From NCBI GenBank assembly GCA_944381355.1, contig CALWKV010000023.1, forward strand, positions 1 through 37,743: DNA of 37,743 bases. The letters are read 5' to 3'. This DNA is from an uncultured Christensenellaceae bacterium (GTDB lineage Bacteria; Bacillota; Clostridia; Christensenellales; UBA3700). The translations under genes were made by a program, and so were the position numbers. Positions 16,291 through 26,009 of the stretch are shown one piece after another (position 1 is the first letter of the stretch; every line of letters starts with the position of its first letter). A model generated the notes under the pieces. The model ran no database searches, was not told where the DNA came from, and saw only the letters and a list, made by a program, of their open reading frames with translations.

Positions 16291-17155
16291 AAGATTATAC
16301 GTATGGTCGGCATTCGTTGCCGCGGCAATATTGGTATTTTTCGCAGTAGGAACGCTGTTCGATCTTAAAGTGTCCGAGCTGCTCTATATGAGAGACAATA
16401 TGTTCGGGAAGATCTACGAGGCGATAGGAAAGATGCCTGCTTTCGTAATATCTGTGTTCGCGTGCTTCGGTCTCGGAGAAAACGCGGCAAAGAACGAGAA
16501 AAACAATATCAAAAGATATGTGTTTTACATTCTCGGGTATCTGGTAGGGATCGTTACTTTCATCGATCTCGGTGAATTGCTGTTTGAAAGCACAAAGATC
16601 GCTCTTGCTCTTGGCGCGGTTCTTTCATTGCCCTTGTCAGGCATAGTTTATGCTATAATCAGACGTATATCTGCCGAAAACCTTGCGGCTCTCAAAAAAT
16701 GGGCGCTGGTCGTCCTTTTCTCGGTAGCTGTCGTCGGTGTGCTTGTCTTTGGGCTGAAGACGATCTGGGGCAGGGCGCGTTATGTCGATACGCAGATATC
16801 CGACGCAGAGTACTCTCCCTGGTATAAGCTTGTGCGCGTGGACGGAGACTCTTTCCCGTCGGGTCATGCTGCGTTCGGAGGAACGCTTTTCCTGCTTCTG
16901 CCGCTCTGCGGTATATCGGAGAAATTCAGGGGCAAGGAAAAAACGGTATTTTTGATAGCCGTATTGTTTGTGGCAGTAGTGATGCTGGCGCGCATAGCCG
17001 ACGGTCATCATTATCTGTCCGACGTATCGGCAGGATTCGGCATAGCATTTGTTACCGAGTGTCTGGTGATGCGTATTGCATATGGCAAGAGACTTGAAAA
17101 TATTACGTTCAATACCGACAATAAACTCGAAAGGTTGCTCGATGCAGTATTTTGA
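16280..17155 (+). CDS. PAP2-family membrane phosphatase (paralog)
   Basis: KTIWGRARY / FPSGH / ARIADGHHYLSDV; TTG start after AAGGGG, overlapping the upstream stop. Confidence 0.9.
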   Translation: MDNRRLYVWSAFVAAAILVFFAVGTLFDLKVSELLYMRDNMFGKIYEAIGKMPAFVISVFACFGLGENAAKNEKNNIKRYVFYILGYLVGIVTFIDLGELLFESTKIALALGAVLSLPLSGIVYAIIRRISAENLAALKKWALVVLFSVAVVGVLVFGLKTIWGRARYVDTQISDAEYSPWYKLVRVDGDSFPSGHAAFGGTLFLLLPLCGISEKFRGKEKTVFLIAVLFVAVVMLARIADGHHYLSDVSAGFGIAFVTECLVMRIAYGKRLENITFNTDNKLERLLDAVF

Positions 17156-18794
17156 TAAATCCATGTATCGGCATTTTGCTGACAATACAGCGCATCTGCC
17201 GGATACGAACAAATGCATATCCTATTACGGGCGTACGCTCTCCAAAGGAGAGTTCTTCCGTCATTGCGACGTTTTGGCGGAATATCTGCGTTCCGTGGGA
17301 GCGAAACAGGGGACAAACGTGGTCCTGTGTCTCCCAAATATTCCCGACGCGATCGTCGCGTTTTATGCGATAAACAAGACGGGCGCGGTAGTCAACGCGG
17401 TGCATCCGCTCGTTACGGGACAGGCTCTTGCGGGGTTTATTAAGGATATGAAGGCGTGCGCGGCGGTAATATTCGAGGAATTTTATCCGGGATACGCCGA
17501 GTATCTTAAAGACGTCGGGGTGCCGATTATCGTCGCAAGCGCGGCGGATTATCTGCCTTGTCTGTATAAACCGTTTTACAAGCTCAAGACGGCAAAAAAA
17601 GCAAAGGCTGTGCCGTACGGGGATAAGGTCGTGCGCTTTGCGGACGTGATAAACGGCAAAGTGAATACTGCCTGCGGACAAGCGCCGTTTCCCGAAATAA
17701 AGGGCAGCGATATAGCGGTATATATGCACAGCGGAGGTACGACAGGCGATTCCAAGACGGTTATGCTGGACAATTCTGCGTTCAACTGCTTAGCGGACAA
17801 TGCGCTTGCGCTTATCGGCGGCAAACCCGTAGACGACAGGGACGGCATGCTTATGGTGCTGCCGATATTCCACACTTTCGGGCTGGGGATATGTATGCAC
17901 ACGACGATATGTGCGGGCGGACAGGTAGTGCTGATGCCGAAGTTCGATCCGAAAAAGGCGTGCAAGTTGCTTGCAAGCACGTCTGCGACGTTTATCTCGG
18001 GCGTGCCCAATATGTTTGCCAAGATGATCGATTGCGGCTGTTTCAAGGGCAAGTACGTCAAAAAACTCAAGCATTGTTATTGCGGCGGCGACAAGCTGAG
18101 CAACAGCATAAAAGAGAAGTTTTATGCGGCTACCGCCGCAGCGGGCAATCCTATCAGACTCAACGAGGGATACGGACTCACCGAAGCGGGGATATGTTGC
18201 GTCAATACTCCTCAGAACTACCGCGAAGGCTCTATCGGCAAGCCGTTCAAGAATACGACTTTCGGCATATTTGACGACGAGGACAAGCCTCTCGACTGTG
18301 ACGAGGTGGGCAATCTTTGTATCAGCTCCAATACGATGATGAGCGGATATTACGGCGACGAAGAAGCGACAAAGGCGGCGTTTTTCGAGTACGGAGGACG
18401 CAAATGGGTGCGCACGGGCGATATGGGCAGGATCGACAAAGACGGTTTCGTATATTTTGTCGACCGCAAAAAGAGAGTTATAAAGATCGCGGGGAACAAC
18501 GTATTCCCGCAAGAGATAGAAAACGTGGTCAACAAGGTGGACGGCGTAAAGCGGAGCTGCGTGGTAGCTACGACGGACGGAGGCAAACCCGCAGTAAAAC
18601 TCATAGTCCAACCGGTAGAAGGCGCAGACGAAAAAGCGCTTGAAAAGAAAATCCTGCGTGAGATAAAGGCACGACTCCTGAAATATGCGACGCCTAAAGT
18701 CGTAGAATTCAGCTCGCGTCTGCCGCTTACGCAGATAGGAAAAGTGGATTACCGCAAACTCGAAGAAAGAGGAGGAGAAAATGCACAGCTCTGA
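17142..18794 (+). CDS. Long-chain fatty acid--CoA ligase / AMP-binding enzyme
   Basis: HSGGTTGDSK, EGYGLTEA, RTGDMG and IGKVDYR adenylate-forming motifs. Confidence 0.9.
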   Translation: MQYFDKSMYRHFADNTAHLPDTNKCISYYGRTLSKGEFFRHCDVLAEYLRSVGAKQGTNVVLCLPNIPDAIVAFYAINKTGAVVNAVHPLVTGQALAGFIKDMKACAAVIFEEFYPGYAEYLKDVGVPIIVASAADYLPCLYKPFYKLKTAKKAKAVPYGDKVVRFADVINGKVNTACGQAPFPEIKGSDIAVYMHSGGTTGDSKTVMLDNSAFNCLADNALALIGGKPVDDRDGMLMVLPIFHTFGLGICMHTTICAGGQVVLMPKFDPKKACKLLASTSATFISGVPNMFAKMIDCGCFKGKYVKKLKHCYCGGDKLSNSIKEKFYAATAAAGNPIRLNEGYGLTEAGICCVNTPQNYREGSIGKPFKNTTFGIFDDEDKPLDCDEVGNLCISSNTMMSGYYGDEEATKAAFFEYGGRKWVRTGDMGRIDKDGFVYFVDRKKRVIKIAGNNVFPQEIENVVNKVDGVKRSCVVATTDGGKPAVKLIVQPVEGADEKALEKKILREIKARLLKYATPKVVEFSSRLPLTQIGKVDYRKLEERGGENAQL

Positions 18795-20340
18795 ACCGCT
18801 TATTCTCGTGTTCGATATCGGTACGCAAAGTACTCGCGCACTGCTTTTCGACCTCAAGGGCAATCTGGTCGAAAAGGCGAAGCACGACGAGCCGCCATAC
18901 ATTTCGCAGAACGACAACCGAGCGGAAAAAAATCCCGTAGAAAGCTGGCAAGGCATTTGCAAAGTCTCGGGAGATCTGAAAAAACTGGCAGGAAAAAGAT
19001 GGGACGATATCGTCGGAGTAACGGCGACAAGCGTCAGAAATTCTCTGGTATTTCTGGACAAGGATTGCAACCCCACGAGAAACGCCATTATGTGGCTTGA
19101 CAAAAGAGAGGTTCATTGTCCCGATCCGATGCCGCTTCTCAACAGATTTCTCTATGCTGTGGTCGGAATGGGAGAGACCGCAAAAGTATCCAGAAAGACG
19201 TGCTATATCAACTGGGTAAGAGTCAATCAGCCCGACGTGTGGCAGAAAACGGCGAAAATCGTGATGCCGACAGCCTGGTACAACTACAATTTTACGGGCG
19301 AACTTGCCGACAGCAGAGCGGGTCAGGCGGCGAAATTTCCTTACGATTACAAAAAGCGCGACTGGATGAGTAAATACGCTCTCAACTATCCGGTATTCGG
19401 CTGTCCGACAGAAAAGATGTGTCGTCTCGTAGATCCCGGCGAAATTATCGGATACATAACAGAAAAATGCAGTCGCGAAACCGGCATAAAACAGGGGCTT
19501 CCGTTTATTGCGACAGGCGCGGATAAGGCGTGCGAGACTATCGGCAACGGTTGTTTGTCGAAAGAGGTGGCGTCTATAAGCCTCGGTACGGCGGCTTCTG
19601 TGGAGATAACTACAGACAAATATGTTGAACCCGAGACGTTTATGCCTGCTTATACTGCTGTCGCAAACGGTAAATACAATCCTGAAATACAGATTTTCAG
19701 AGGATTCTGGATGGTGTCGTGGTTCAGAGATCAGTTCGCTCTCAACGAAAAGATAGAGGCAGAAAAACTGGGCGTTTCTCCTGAAAAACTTCTTGATGAA
19801 AAGCTGTCCAAAGTGCCTCTCGGAAGCAACGGACTGATGATTCAGCCGTATTGGGGGCCGGGTCTCAAGACGCCTCAGGCGAAAGGCATCATGATAGGCT
19901 TTTCGGACATACACACACGGTTGCACGTATACAGAGCGATAATCGAAGGTCTCGGCTATGCGCTTTACGACGGACTTGAAAATCTTCAGAGACGCTCCCG
20001 CAACAAGATCACGAGGATCGCAGTCGCGGGCGGAGGGTCTCAAAGCGATATAATCTGTCAGATCACGGCGGATATCATGGGCAGAGAAGTCTACCGCGTG
20101 CAGACTTACGAGACAAGCGGTCTGGGCTGTGCTATCGTCGGTTTCAGCTCTCTGAAATATTACGCTTCGATAGAGGATGCCGTAAACGGTATGGTCAGGG
20201 TAAAGGATACGTTTGCGCCCGACGCCGAAAATCACGAAAAATATATGCAGTACTACAACAGAGTCTATAAAAAGATTTATGAAAGAAATCTTCCCATATA
20301 CAACGAATTATACAAGATGATGGAAAAAGACAGGCTCTGA
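18781..20340 (+). CDS. FGGY-family carbohydrate kinase (YgcE-like)
   Basis: FDIGTQSTRA, WLDKR, GADKACE, SLGTA, RAIIEG, VAGGGSQSD. Confidence 0.9.
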   Translation: MHSSEPLILVFDIGTQSTRALLFDLKGNLVEKAKHDEPPYISQNDNRAEKNPVESWQGICKVSGDLKKLAGKRWDDIVGVTATSVRNSLVFLDKDCNPTRNAIMWLDKREVHCPDPMPLLNRFLYAVVGMGETAKVSRKTCYINWVRVNQPDVWQKTAKIVMPTAWYNYNFTGELADSRAGQAAKFPYDYKKRDWMSKYALNYPVFGCPTEKMCRLVDPGEIIGYITEKCSRETGIKQGLPFIATGADKACETIGNGCLSKEVASISLGTAASVEITTDKYVEPETFMPAYTAVANGKYNPEIQIFRGFWMVSWFRDQFALNEKIEAEKLGVSPEKLLDEKLSKVPLGSNGLMIQPYWGPGLKTPQAKGIMIGFSDIHTRLHVYRAIIEGLGYALYDGLENLQRRSRNKITRIAVAGGGSQSDIICQITADIMGREVYRVQTYETSGLGCAIVGFSSLKYYASIEDAVNGMVRVKDTFAPDAENHEKYMQYYNRVYKKIYERNLPIYNELYKMMEKDRL

Positions 20341-20356
20341 TATCTGCAAAGCGAAG

Positions 20357-20396
20357 AAAAAAGGCAACTCCGCTATCAACGAGGGTTGCCTTTTTT
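20357..20396. terminator. Bidirectional terminator
   Basis: AAAAAAGGCAACTC...GGGTTGCCTTTTTT between the FGGY kinase and spoVG. Confidence 0.85.
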
Positions 20397-20429
20397 GAGG
20401 TGTTGTATTATAAAAGCGAGAAATCGTAT

Positions 20430-20708
20430 TTATACTGCTGCGGGCGCATCTGCCGCGGCTTTTTCGTATGCGGCGAGCACTTCACGGTTGATGCAGTCGC
20501 GTGTTTCGGTGTTGAGAGGATGAGCGATGTCTTTGTATTCTCCGTCGGGAGTCTTGCGACTCGGCATGGCTATGAAAAGTCCGAGCTTGCCGTCTATTAT
20601 CTTTATATCGTGAAGAACGAAACATTCGTCGAATACGACCGAAGCGACAGCCTTGAGCCTGTCGTTTTCTTTAGTGACCATTCTGATTTTTATAGCGGTG
20701 ATCTTCAT
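20430..20708 (-). CDS. spoVG: Septation/RNA-binding regulator SpoVG
   Basis: MKIT.I.IR...[40 protein letters not shown]; GAGGTG RBS. Confidence 0.97.
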   Translation of the reverse strand: MKITAIKIRMVTKENDRLKAVASVVFDECFVLHDIKIIDGKLGLFIAMPSRKTPDGEYKDIAHPLNTETRDCINREVLAAYEKAAADAPAAV

Positions 20709-20931
20709 TTGCACCTCTTAAGATTTTCTTAATATCAATATATCATAAAAAAATGAAAAAAACAATATTTTAAATAAAAAAAAACTTAAAAATTACTGAT
20801 ATTAATACATAAACACATTTATGTACATTTTCGTTATTAATGCCCGAAAAACAGTTTCAGCGATTATCCCTAAGAGGCTAACCGAGGTCGAAAGGCATGA
20901 CAATTTCGTATGTTGCGGCATATAATATGGT

Positions 20932-22293
20932 ATGCTTGAACCGACAGATTTTCATAATGTACACTTTATAGGAATAGGGGGAGTAAGCATGAAGTCGCTC
21001 GCATTGCTGTGTGTAAGAGCCGGGATGATTGTCTCCGGGTCTGACAAGGCAGACTCTCCGATTCTCGAAATTCTGTGTAAAAACGGAATTTACGCATATT
21101 GCGGCAGCAATCCTGAAGTGGTTGAAAAGGCGCAGCTCGTCGTCTATACCGCATGTATTCCGTCCGACGATCCGGAGCTGGTCAGGGCGAAAGAACTGCG
21201 CAGGGTCGTAATGGAAAGAAAAGCGCTTCTCGCGCTCGTGGAAAAGTTGTGCAAACGTACCGTAGCTGTTGCAGGTACGCACGGCAAGACAACAACGACA
21301 GCCATGATTTCGCGCATAATGGGTGCGCAGGGAGTGCGCTTTATCGGGCACATAGGAGGAGATCTGCCCGGAGGAGAGATAAGTCTGACCGATACAGGCA
21401 GAGACGTGTTCCTGACCGAGGCATGCGAATACAAACGCAGTTTTCTGTCTTTGTCTCCTGACATAGCCGTCGTGCTCAACGTAAAATTCGATCATCCCGA
21501 CTGTTACCGCGATATGACAGAACTTGAAGAAGCGTTCAGGGATTTTGCACGCAACATCAGGGAGGGGGGACTGCTGGTCGTCGATTACAACGTCAAAGAG
21601 CTGTTCGACGATATCGGGGTGAGGAAAGTTACCTTCGGTTTCAATGCGGGTTGCGATTACAGAGCGGACGACGTCAGCTACGAAAACGGCATTTACTCAT
21701 TCTCGCTTTACAGATACGGTGTCTGCACGGGAAGGTATACGACGTGTGTATACGGTAAACATAACGTTCTGAACGCGCTTGCCGCGCTTGCCGTAGCGGA
21801 CGGACTGGGTTTGGATATCGTCTATGCAGGCAGTGCGCTTGCGGATTTCGGCGGCATAAGCAGACGTTTTGAATGCAGGGGAATGCTGGAGGGCGGCGCA
21901 AGAGTAATAACGGATTATGCACACCATCCCGACGAGATCGCCGCGGCGATCAATACCGCGAGAGTGATGACAAAAGGCGATATTACGGTGTTTTTCGAGC
22001 CGCATACGTACAGCCGCACCAAGTCGATGATCGACGGGTTTGCGGACAGCTTTTACTGGGCGGACGAGGTGGTTATCCTGCCCACGTACGCGGCAAGAGA
22101 GAGCAACATCGAAGGCGGGAGCGCCTACGATCTGTATATGAGACTGAAAAAGAAAAAGCCCGAATGTCTTTATATGGACGGATACGGCGCCGCCGCCGAT
22201 TATATCAAAACAAGACTCTCCAAAAACGGTATAATTCTGCTTCTCGGCGCAGGCGGTATAGATACGGTAGCAGACATATTATTCAAAAGATAA
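20932..22293 (+). CDS. murC: UDP-N-acetylmuramate--L-alanine ligase
   Basis: HFIGIGGVSM, VAGTHGKTTTT, EACEY, DHPD, DYAHHP.EI, FEPHTYSRT. Confidence 0.95.
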   Translation: MLEPTDFHNVHFIGIGGVSMKSLALLCVRAGMIVSGSDKADSPILEILCKNGIYAYCGSNPEVVEKAQLVVYTACIPSDDPELVRAKELRRVVMERKALLALVEKLCKRTVAVAGTHGKTTTTAMISRIMGAQGVRFIGHIGGDLPGGEISLTDTGRDVFLTEACEYKRSFLSLSPDIAVVLNVKFDHPDCYRDMTELEEAFRDFARNIREGGLLVVDYNVKELFDDIGVRKVTFGFNAGCDYRADDVSYENGIYSFSLYRYGVCTGRYTTCVYGKHNVLNALAALAVADGLGLDIVYAGSALADFGGISRRFECRGMLEGGARVITDYAHHPDEIAAAINTARVMTKGDITVFFEPHTYSRTKSMIDGFADSFYWADEVVILPTYAARESNIEGGSAYDLYMRLKKKKPECLYMDGYGAAADYIKTRLSKNGIILLLGAGGIDTVADILFKR

Positions 22294-22413
22294 CCTACAC
22301 GGGCAGGAAAATTTGCAACTTTTATGACTATTGTCCGTACCGCGCTGCAAATGCCGCGGCACGGCGGTCGGAGGTAAAAGCCTTTGCGTTTTCCGCTAAA
22401 TTAACGAGACATT

Positions 22414-22437
22414 AAAACAGCCGCCCTTAAGGCGGCT
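22414..22437 (-). terminator. Probable terminator of the MDR gene
   Basis: AGCCGCC-5 nt-GGCGGCT with a T run on the minus strand. Confidence 0.6.
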
Positions 22438-22442
22438 TGCTT

Positions 22443-23411
22443 TCAGCATTTTATTATCGTTTTGAGCGGATGAGGAGGCTCTTTCGCCATTTGCCCGAAA
22501 ATCTCTGCCGCGACGGATATGTCGGCTATCCTCTCGATGAGTTTGTCTACCTTGACGACTTCTGTCGCTATCATGTTTATTCCCGTTTCGATCTCACCGT
22601 CGCCGTTGTTGAGACCGTAAATTTCCAGCCCTTTGACGAATACGGGGGAGAGGTCGGCTTTGAGCGCTTCCGTCTTTTTGTCGAGACCCGCAAGACACAT
22701 TTTGCCGCCTTCGCGCAGACACGTGAGCAGACCGTCGGCATTGGGGAAGGTGTCCATATCTATGACCATATAGTCGCACATCTTGCCCGACGTGATCTCT
22801 TTGACCTTCTGATATACGTTTTCTTCGTTGGGATTGACGGTATAATATATGCCGAGATCCTGCGCAAGATCGAGAAGTTCCTGATTCTTGTCTATGATGA
22901 CGGGTATCGCCTGATAATAGATCGCAAGCTGTCCCACGATATAGTTGAGTGCGGAGCAGCCGTTGAGAAGTATGTAGCGGGTTTTGCCTACGTCGAGCTT
23001 TTCTATTATTTTTTCTGCAAGCGCGACGTCCTCTATGAATACTACGGCTTCGTCGGATATGCCTTCGGGAATGGTGTATACTTCTGAAAGAGGACAAATC
23101 ACGTAATCGGCAAGATATCCGTTCTTATCCACGCCGCTGACCTGAAAAGTACCCGCCGCTTTGCGGTAGGGGGACAGCATCACGCGCTGACCCGTCTTGA
23201 GCGTAAAGTCGGAACTTTCGCTGACAAGACCCATGGCGATTCTTGACGGCATGATCGGATAAAAAGACGATTTGCCTCTGTACGCCGAAATGTCCGAAGA
23301 AGTGACCGAAGCGCGAGCGATGCGCACCTTTACCTGTTCGTGCGGAACGTCTTTTTCTTCGTTCACGACGGTTTCCAGTTTGCCCGGCTCTGTTAAAACC
23401 AAGGATTTCAT
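22443..23411 (-). CDS. Medium-chain dehydrogenase/reductase-fold protein lacking canonical Zn ligands
   Basis: GroES-like plus Rossmann layout (MKSLVLTEPGKL, V.VRI, IPEGISDE.A, GGKMCLAG, KTII), but TSSD/SRI where CGSD/GHE is expected. Confidence 0.8.
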   Translation of the reverse strand: MKSLVLTEPGKLETVVNEEKDVPHEQVKVRIARASVTSSDISAYRGKSSFYPIMPSRIAMGLVSESSDFTLKTGQRVMLSPYRKAAGTFQVSGVDKNGYLADYVICPLSEVYTIPEGISDEAVVFIEDVALAEKIIEKLDVGKTRYILLNGCSALNYIVGQLAIYYQAIPVIIDKNQELLDLAQDLGIYYTVNPNEENVYQKVKEITSGKMCDYMVIDMDTFPNADGLLTCLREGGKMCLAGLDKKTEALKADLSPVFVKGLEIYGLNNGDGEIETGINMIATEVVKVDKLIERIADISVAAEIFGQMAKEPPHPLKTIIKC

Positions 23412-23550
23412 ATAATTCCCTCACACTTTTAAGTGGCTCTTATAATAGCACAAAAATCAGCGGATTGCAAGGGCAAAATGCCTCTTGCCGCAGCTGCACG
23501 CTTAAATAAAACGAAATTTTTCATTCCGATAAAAAAGCCGTGTATAACGC

Positions 23551-23579
23551 TTGACTTGCAAAAAATAAATATGTATAAT
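23551..23579 (+). promoter_or_regulatory. sigmaA promoter of rpmE
   Basis: TTGACT-N17-TATAAT. Confidence 0.75.
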
Positions 23580-23615
23580 CGTATGTGCGTAAAAGAATAC
23601 AGTGAGGTGAAGAAC

Positions 23616-23819
23616 ATGAAAGAGAGCATTCAACCCAAATATCATGACGTTATCATCCAGTGTACCTGCGGCGAAAAGTTCGTTTGCGGCACCACCAAGG
23701 ACGTCGACGTCATCAAAGTAGACGTTTGCAACAAGTGCCATCCTTTCTATACCGGCAAGCAGAAGCTCGTTGATACCGGCGGTAGAGTAGATAAGTTCAA
23801 GAAGCGTTACGGTCTTTGA
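23616..23819 (+). CDS. rpmE: 50S ribosomal protein L31 (Zn-binding type A)
   Basis: [10 protein letters not shown]...CTCG...[26 protein letters not shown]; GAGGTG RBS. Confidence 0.98.
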   Translation: MKESIQPKYHDVIIQCTCGEKFVCGTTKDVDVIKVDVCNKCHPFYTGKQKLVDTGGRVDKFKKRYGL

Positions 23820-23829
23820 TCGGCAATAA

Positions 23830-23863
23830 TGGTGCGGGGGCTTATCCCGCACCGTATTTTTTT
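23830..23863 (+). terminator. Internal terminator/attenuator after rpmE
   Basis: TGGTGCGGG-7 nt-CCCGCACCG plus T run, just before the RBS of the DUF1385 gene. Confidence 0.75.
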
Positions 23864-23877
23864 ATGGAGGCTTTGCG

Positions 23878-25191
23878 ATGAGAAAAAAGAGCGTGGGCAT
23901 AGGCGGACAAGCTGTGATCGAGGGAGTCATGATGCGCGGTAAGCGCAGTATGGCGACCGCGGTGCGCGACGAAAACGGCAACATCGTCGTCGAGAGCAGA
24001 TACATTAAGCCTGCCGAAGAAAAAAACTTTTTGTTCCGCGCCCCCTTTCTGAGAGGTATATTCAGCTTCTTCGGGACAATGGTCTCGGGAGTGGGTACTC
24101 TCATGCGCTCAGGCGAAGTCTTTGACGGAGAACAGGAACCTTCCAAGGTCGAAAAGTGGTTCGCCAGAACCTTTAAGGTCGACGTGTTCAGCGTAGTGAT
24201 GGCGATATCGGTACTTGTCGGCGTCGCGCTGTCGCTGGGATTGTTTTTCTTCCTGCCTCAGCTGATTACTACGGGTATCACACAGCTTTTCAAAATAGAC
24301 ACGCAGGCAAACGTCGGAGTACAGATAGGCATGAATTTCCTTGAGGGATTCGTGCGCATGCTGATATTCGTCGGCTATATCGCGCTGACTTCGCTGATTA
24401 AGGACATCAGGCGCGTGTATATGTATCACGGCGCGGAGCACAAGACGATCAGTTGTTACGAGCACGATCTCGAGCTGACCGTGGAAAACGCTCAGAAGAT
24501 GACGACCGTACATGACAGATGCGGCACGACGTTTATGTTCATCACGATGGTCGTCAGCGTGCTGATATTCTCGCTTACGGGCTGGAGCAGTCAGCTCTGG
24601 GTCAGATTCCTGATAAGGATCGCGCTTATCCCCGTTGTCTCGGGCGTAAGTTACGAGGTGCTGAAGTTCCTCGCCAAATTCGACAATCCGCTCGTAAGGG
24701 CGCTCAAAGCGCCGGGACTTCTGCTTCAGAAGTTTACGACGCGTCAGCCTGACGACAGCATGGTCGAAGTCGCGATCGTAGCTTTTAAAACCGTGCTTGC
24801 GATGGACGAAGATCCGACTATTCCGGAGCAGACTTTCGATACAAAGCTCCTCAAGCGCAAGGCAGTGGAAGAACTCAAAAAGACGGGCGTTTCCGACGAC
24901 AGAGTGAAAGAACTCGTATGCAAGGCTACGGGAGTACCTGTTGAAGAATACGACAATATAAGTCACGTCAGACATTCCCGCATTCAGCTCATGCTAAAAG
25001 CGGCTAAAGGCGAGATATCGGACGAAGAACTCGAAAGAGAAGTCGGAAAGCTCAATGCCGAGGCAGAGCAGAAAAAGACGGCAAACGCTCAGGAGACCGT
25101 AAGCGAACAGGCTTCTGAAGCGGATTCAAAAGAGGATCAAACGCAAAAAGAAGCCGACAGGAACGCAGACGGCGGAGACGGAGACAGATGA
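23878..25191 (+). CDS. DUF1385 domain membrane protein
   Basis: IGGQAVIEGVMMRG, YHGAEHKTI, H.RCGT.F, LQK.TT..PD motifs; usual position beside prmC/prfA. Confidence 0.93.
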   Translation: MRKKSVGIGGQAVIEGVMMRGKRSMATAVRDENGNIVVESRYIKPAEEKNFLFRAPFLRGIFSFFGTMVSGVGTLMRSGEVFDGEQEPSKVEKWFARTFKVDVFSVVMAISVLVGVALSLGLFFFLPQLITTGITQLFKIDTQANVGVQIGMNFLEGFVRMLIFVGYIALTSLIKDIRRVYMYHGAEHKTISCYEHDLELTVENAQKMTTVHDRCGTTFMFITMVVSVLIFSLTGWSSQLWVRFLIRIALIPVVSGVSYEVLKFLAKFDNPLVRALKAPGLLLQKFTTRQPDDSMVEVAIVAFKTVLAMDEDPTIPEQTFDTKLLKRKAVEELKKTGVSDDRVKELVCKATGVPVEEYDNISHVRHSRIQLMLKAAKGEISDEELEREVGKLNAEAEQKKTANAQETVSEQASEADSKEDQTQKEADRNADGGDGDR

Positions 25192-26009
25192 TCGCTCTCA
25201 GAGAAGCGCTTTCAAAGCTGGCATATATGATAAAAGACACTGCGGCTGACGAAAGCGAACCTGATTGGATCGCGTGCCACGTGCTTGGCTGCGGCAGAGC
25301 GGCGCTGAAGCTGATAAGAGAAACGGACGATGAAAGTTTCGAGAAGATGACGGCTGTCGCCAAAGAGCGCGCAACGGGAAAGCCTCTGTGTCAGATAATC
25401 GGTTATACAGAGTTTTGCGGGCTGAAGATACGCGTGAACGGCGACGTGCTCTGTCCGAGACCGGAAACAGAACTTCTCGTCGAACAGGCAATATTGTTTT
25501 TAAAGGATAGGAAAGACGCGCGCGCGCTCGACCTATGTACGGGCAGCGGCTGTATAGCGACGGCGCTCGCGGTGAATACGACTGCGGAAGTCGTTGCGAG
25601 CGATATTTCCGATAAGGCGCTCGCAGTCGCAGAGGAAAACGCAAGGCGGAGCGGCGCAAAAGTGAAATTCGTGCTGTCCGACGTTTTTGAGGACGTGGAC
25701 GGCAAGTTCGATATAATAGTGTCCAATCCGCCTTACATACCTGCCGCGGAAATAGAGAAGCTCGATCGCGAGGTCAGGGACTTCGAGCCGAGAGCGGCGC
25801 TTGACGGCGGCGAGGACGGGCTGGATTTTTACAGGACGATAGCTGCGCAGGCAGCAGGTCGTCTGAAAGAAAAAGGCGCGCTGATGCTCGAGAGCGGAGA
25901 GGGTCAGGCGCGCGAGATCGTAAAAATGCTCGACGGCTTCGATTGTACGGTTGTGCTCGACTATTGCGGCGTCGAAAGAATAGTAAAGGCGGTAAAAAAG
26001 AGTGTTTGA
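25188..26009 (+). CDS. prmC: Release factor glutamine methyltransferase
   Basis: [38 protein letters not shown]. Confidence 0.96.
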   Translation: MIALREALSKLAYMIKDTAADESEPDWIACHVLGCGRAALKLIRETDDESFEKMTAVAKERATGKPLCQIIGYTEFCGLKIRVNGDVLCPRPETELLVEQAILFLKDRKDARALDLCTGSGCIATALAVNTTAEVVASDISDKALAVAEENARRSGAKVKFVLSDVFEDVDGKFDIIVSNPPYIPAAEIEKLDREVRDFEPRAALDGGEDGLDFYRTIAAQAAGRLKEKGALMLESGEGQAREIVKMLDGFDCTVVLDYCGVERIVKAVKKSV

